IMG/VR virus record: IMGVR_UViG_3300031953_000014
Span: 1 to 56,131 of that record
From: a virus
Taxonomy: Duplodnaviria; Caudoviricetes
DNA length: 56,131 nt
Strand: one strand, 5' to 3'
The stretch's first letter is position 1. Each line of letters begins with the position of its first letter. Position numbers and translations under genes: made by a program. A model generated the notes under the pieces. It was not told the origin of the DNA, did not search any database, and saw only the letters and a list, made by a program, of their open reading frames with translations. Positions 55,460 through 56,131 of the stretch are shown piece after piece.

Positions 55460-55994
55460 ATTAAACGTGGTTGGTATTGACCCTTCACTCCGCAGTACAG
55501 GCGTTGCCATAATCGGCGAAGGTGAACCACCAGAACTGGTTACGGTCCGATCTGTGGGCCACCGTGAAGATTCTTACGGTACGCGGCATGCGCGGGTGAA
55601 GCGTCTTGCCGGTGAGATTGTGTCGTTCGTTAAGTCGGGTGATGCGTTGGTGGTGATTGAGGGGCCGGCGTTGAGGTCGACTGATCCGGGTGTGTGGGAC
55701 CGCAGTGGCCTCTGGTGGCTGATTTATGGGGCGATTGCGGAGTTGGGGGTGCCTGTGGGTGTGTGTCCACCGAAGACTCGCGCCAAGTTTGGGTGCGGTA
55801 ACGGTAATGGGGATAAAAAATTGGTGCGGGCGGGGATTCAGGAGTTGTGGCCTGATGTGCGGATAAAGAATCCGGATGAGGCTGATGCTTTGGTTCTGGG
55901 GACGATGGCTGCGCAGTTGGTGGGTATGGGTGTTCCGCGTTTGGATCGGCATGCGTTGTCGTTGCCGATGGTCGCTTTGGAGGTATCAGCATGA
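55452..55994 (+). CDS. RuvC-like Holliday junction resolvase
   Basis: VGIDPSLRSTGVA, VVIEG, G.GNGDK, DEADAL. Confidence 0.88.
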   Translation: MGELNVVGIDPSLRSTGVAIIGEGEPPELVTVRSVGHREDSYGTRHARVKRLAGEIVSFVKSGDALVVIEGPALRSTDPGVWDRSGLWWLIYGAIAELGVPVGVCPPKTRAKFGCGNGNGDKKLVRAGIQELWPDVRIKNPDEADALVLGTMAAQLVGMGVPRLDRHALSLPMVALEVSA

Positions 55995-56131
55995 GCTACG
56001 CAGACTTCCTGAAAAGGAAAGTGAAACTACCAGACACTCCCGGTCGGATCGTCACAGCCGATGACGTACACCCAACACTCCACGACTGGCAGCGAGAGTT
56101 GGTGGTGTGGGCCGTCAAAACATCCCGAGCC
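55991..56131 (+). CDS. N-terminus of SNF2-type helicase/methylase-associated protein (truncated by window)
   Basis: MSYADFLKRK..LHDWQRELVVWAV; GGAGGT SD. Confidence 0.6.
   Translation, partial: MSYADFLKRKVKLPDTPGRIVTADDVHPTLHDWQRELVVWAVKTSRA

Overview
Almost the whole genome of a temperate siphovirus of a GC-rich mycolic-acid actinobacterium (Rhodococcus/Gordonia/Mycobacterium-like; host inferred from gene content). It is in excised (virion-like) configuration: the window opens just upstream of the small terminase, and attP (3' half of tRNA-Ala(CGC)) is intact beside the integrase. The order is packaging/head (1-9.8 kb), tail (9.9-22.4 kb), lysis (23.2-26.1 kb), distal tail (26.1-30.8 kb), small self-contained cassettes (31.4-33.4 kb), attP-int-repressor-cro-xis-antirepressor (33.7-37.3 kb), then a replication/recombination arm truncated at the window end. 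The most striking signals concern translation of virion genes. (i) The conserved minor-tail/hub gene is interrupted by a 52-nt out-of-frame insertion forming a perfect 22-bp hairpin, flanked by matched Phe codons, a candidate for translational bypassing. (ii) The major capsid gene appears to start at AUU and the tape measure possibly at CUG. (iii) Two small IF2-N-terminal-domain-like paralogs sit in the tail module. Also noted: a MuF-fused putative toxin plus immunity gene, leaderless cassettes sharing one palindromic operator, twin tRNA-like minihelices and an rrn-type boxA before the antirepressor, two LexA-like boxes, and a C5-MTase with a TRD-like polypeptide in an overlapping frame. All family assignments come from motif recognition by eye, not database searches.
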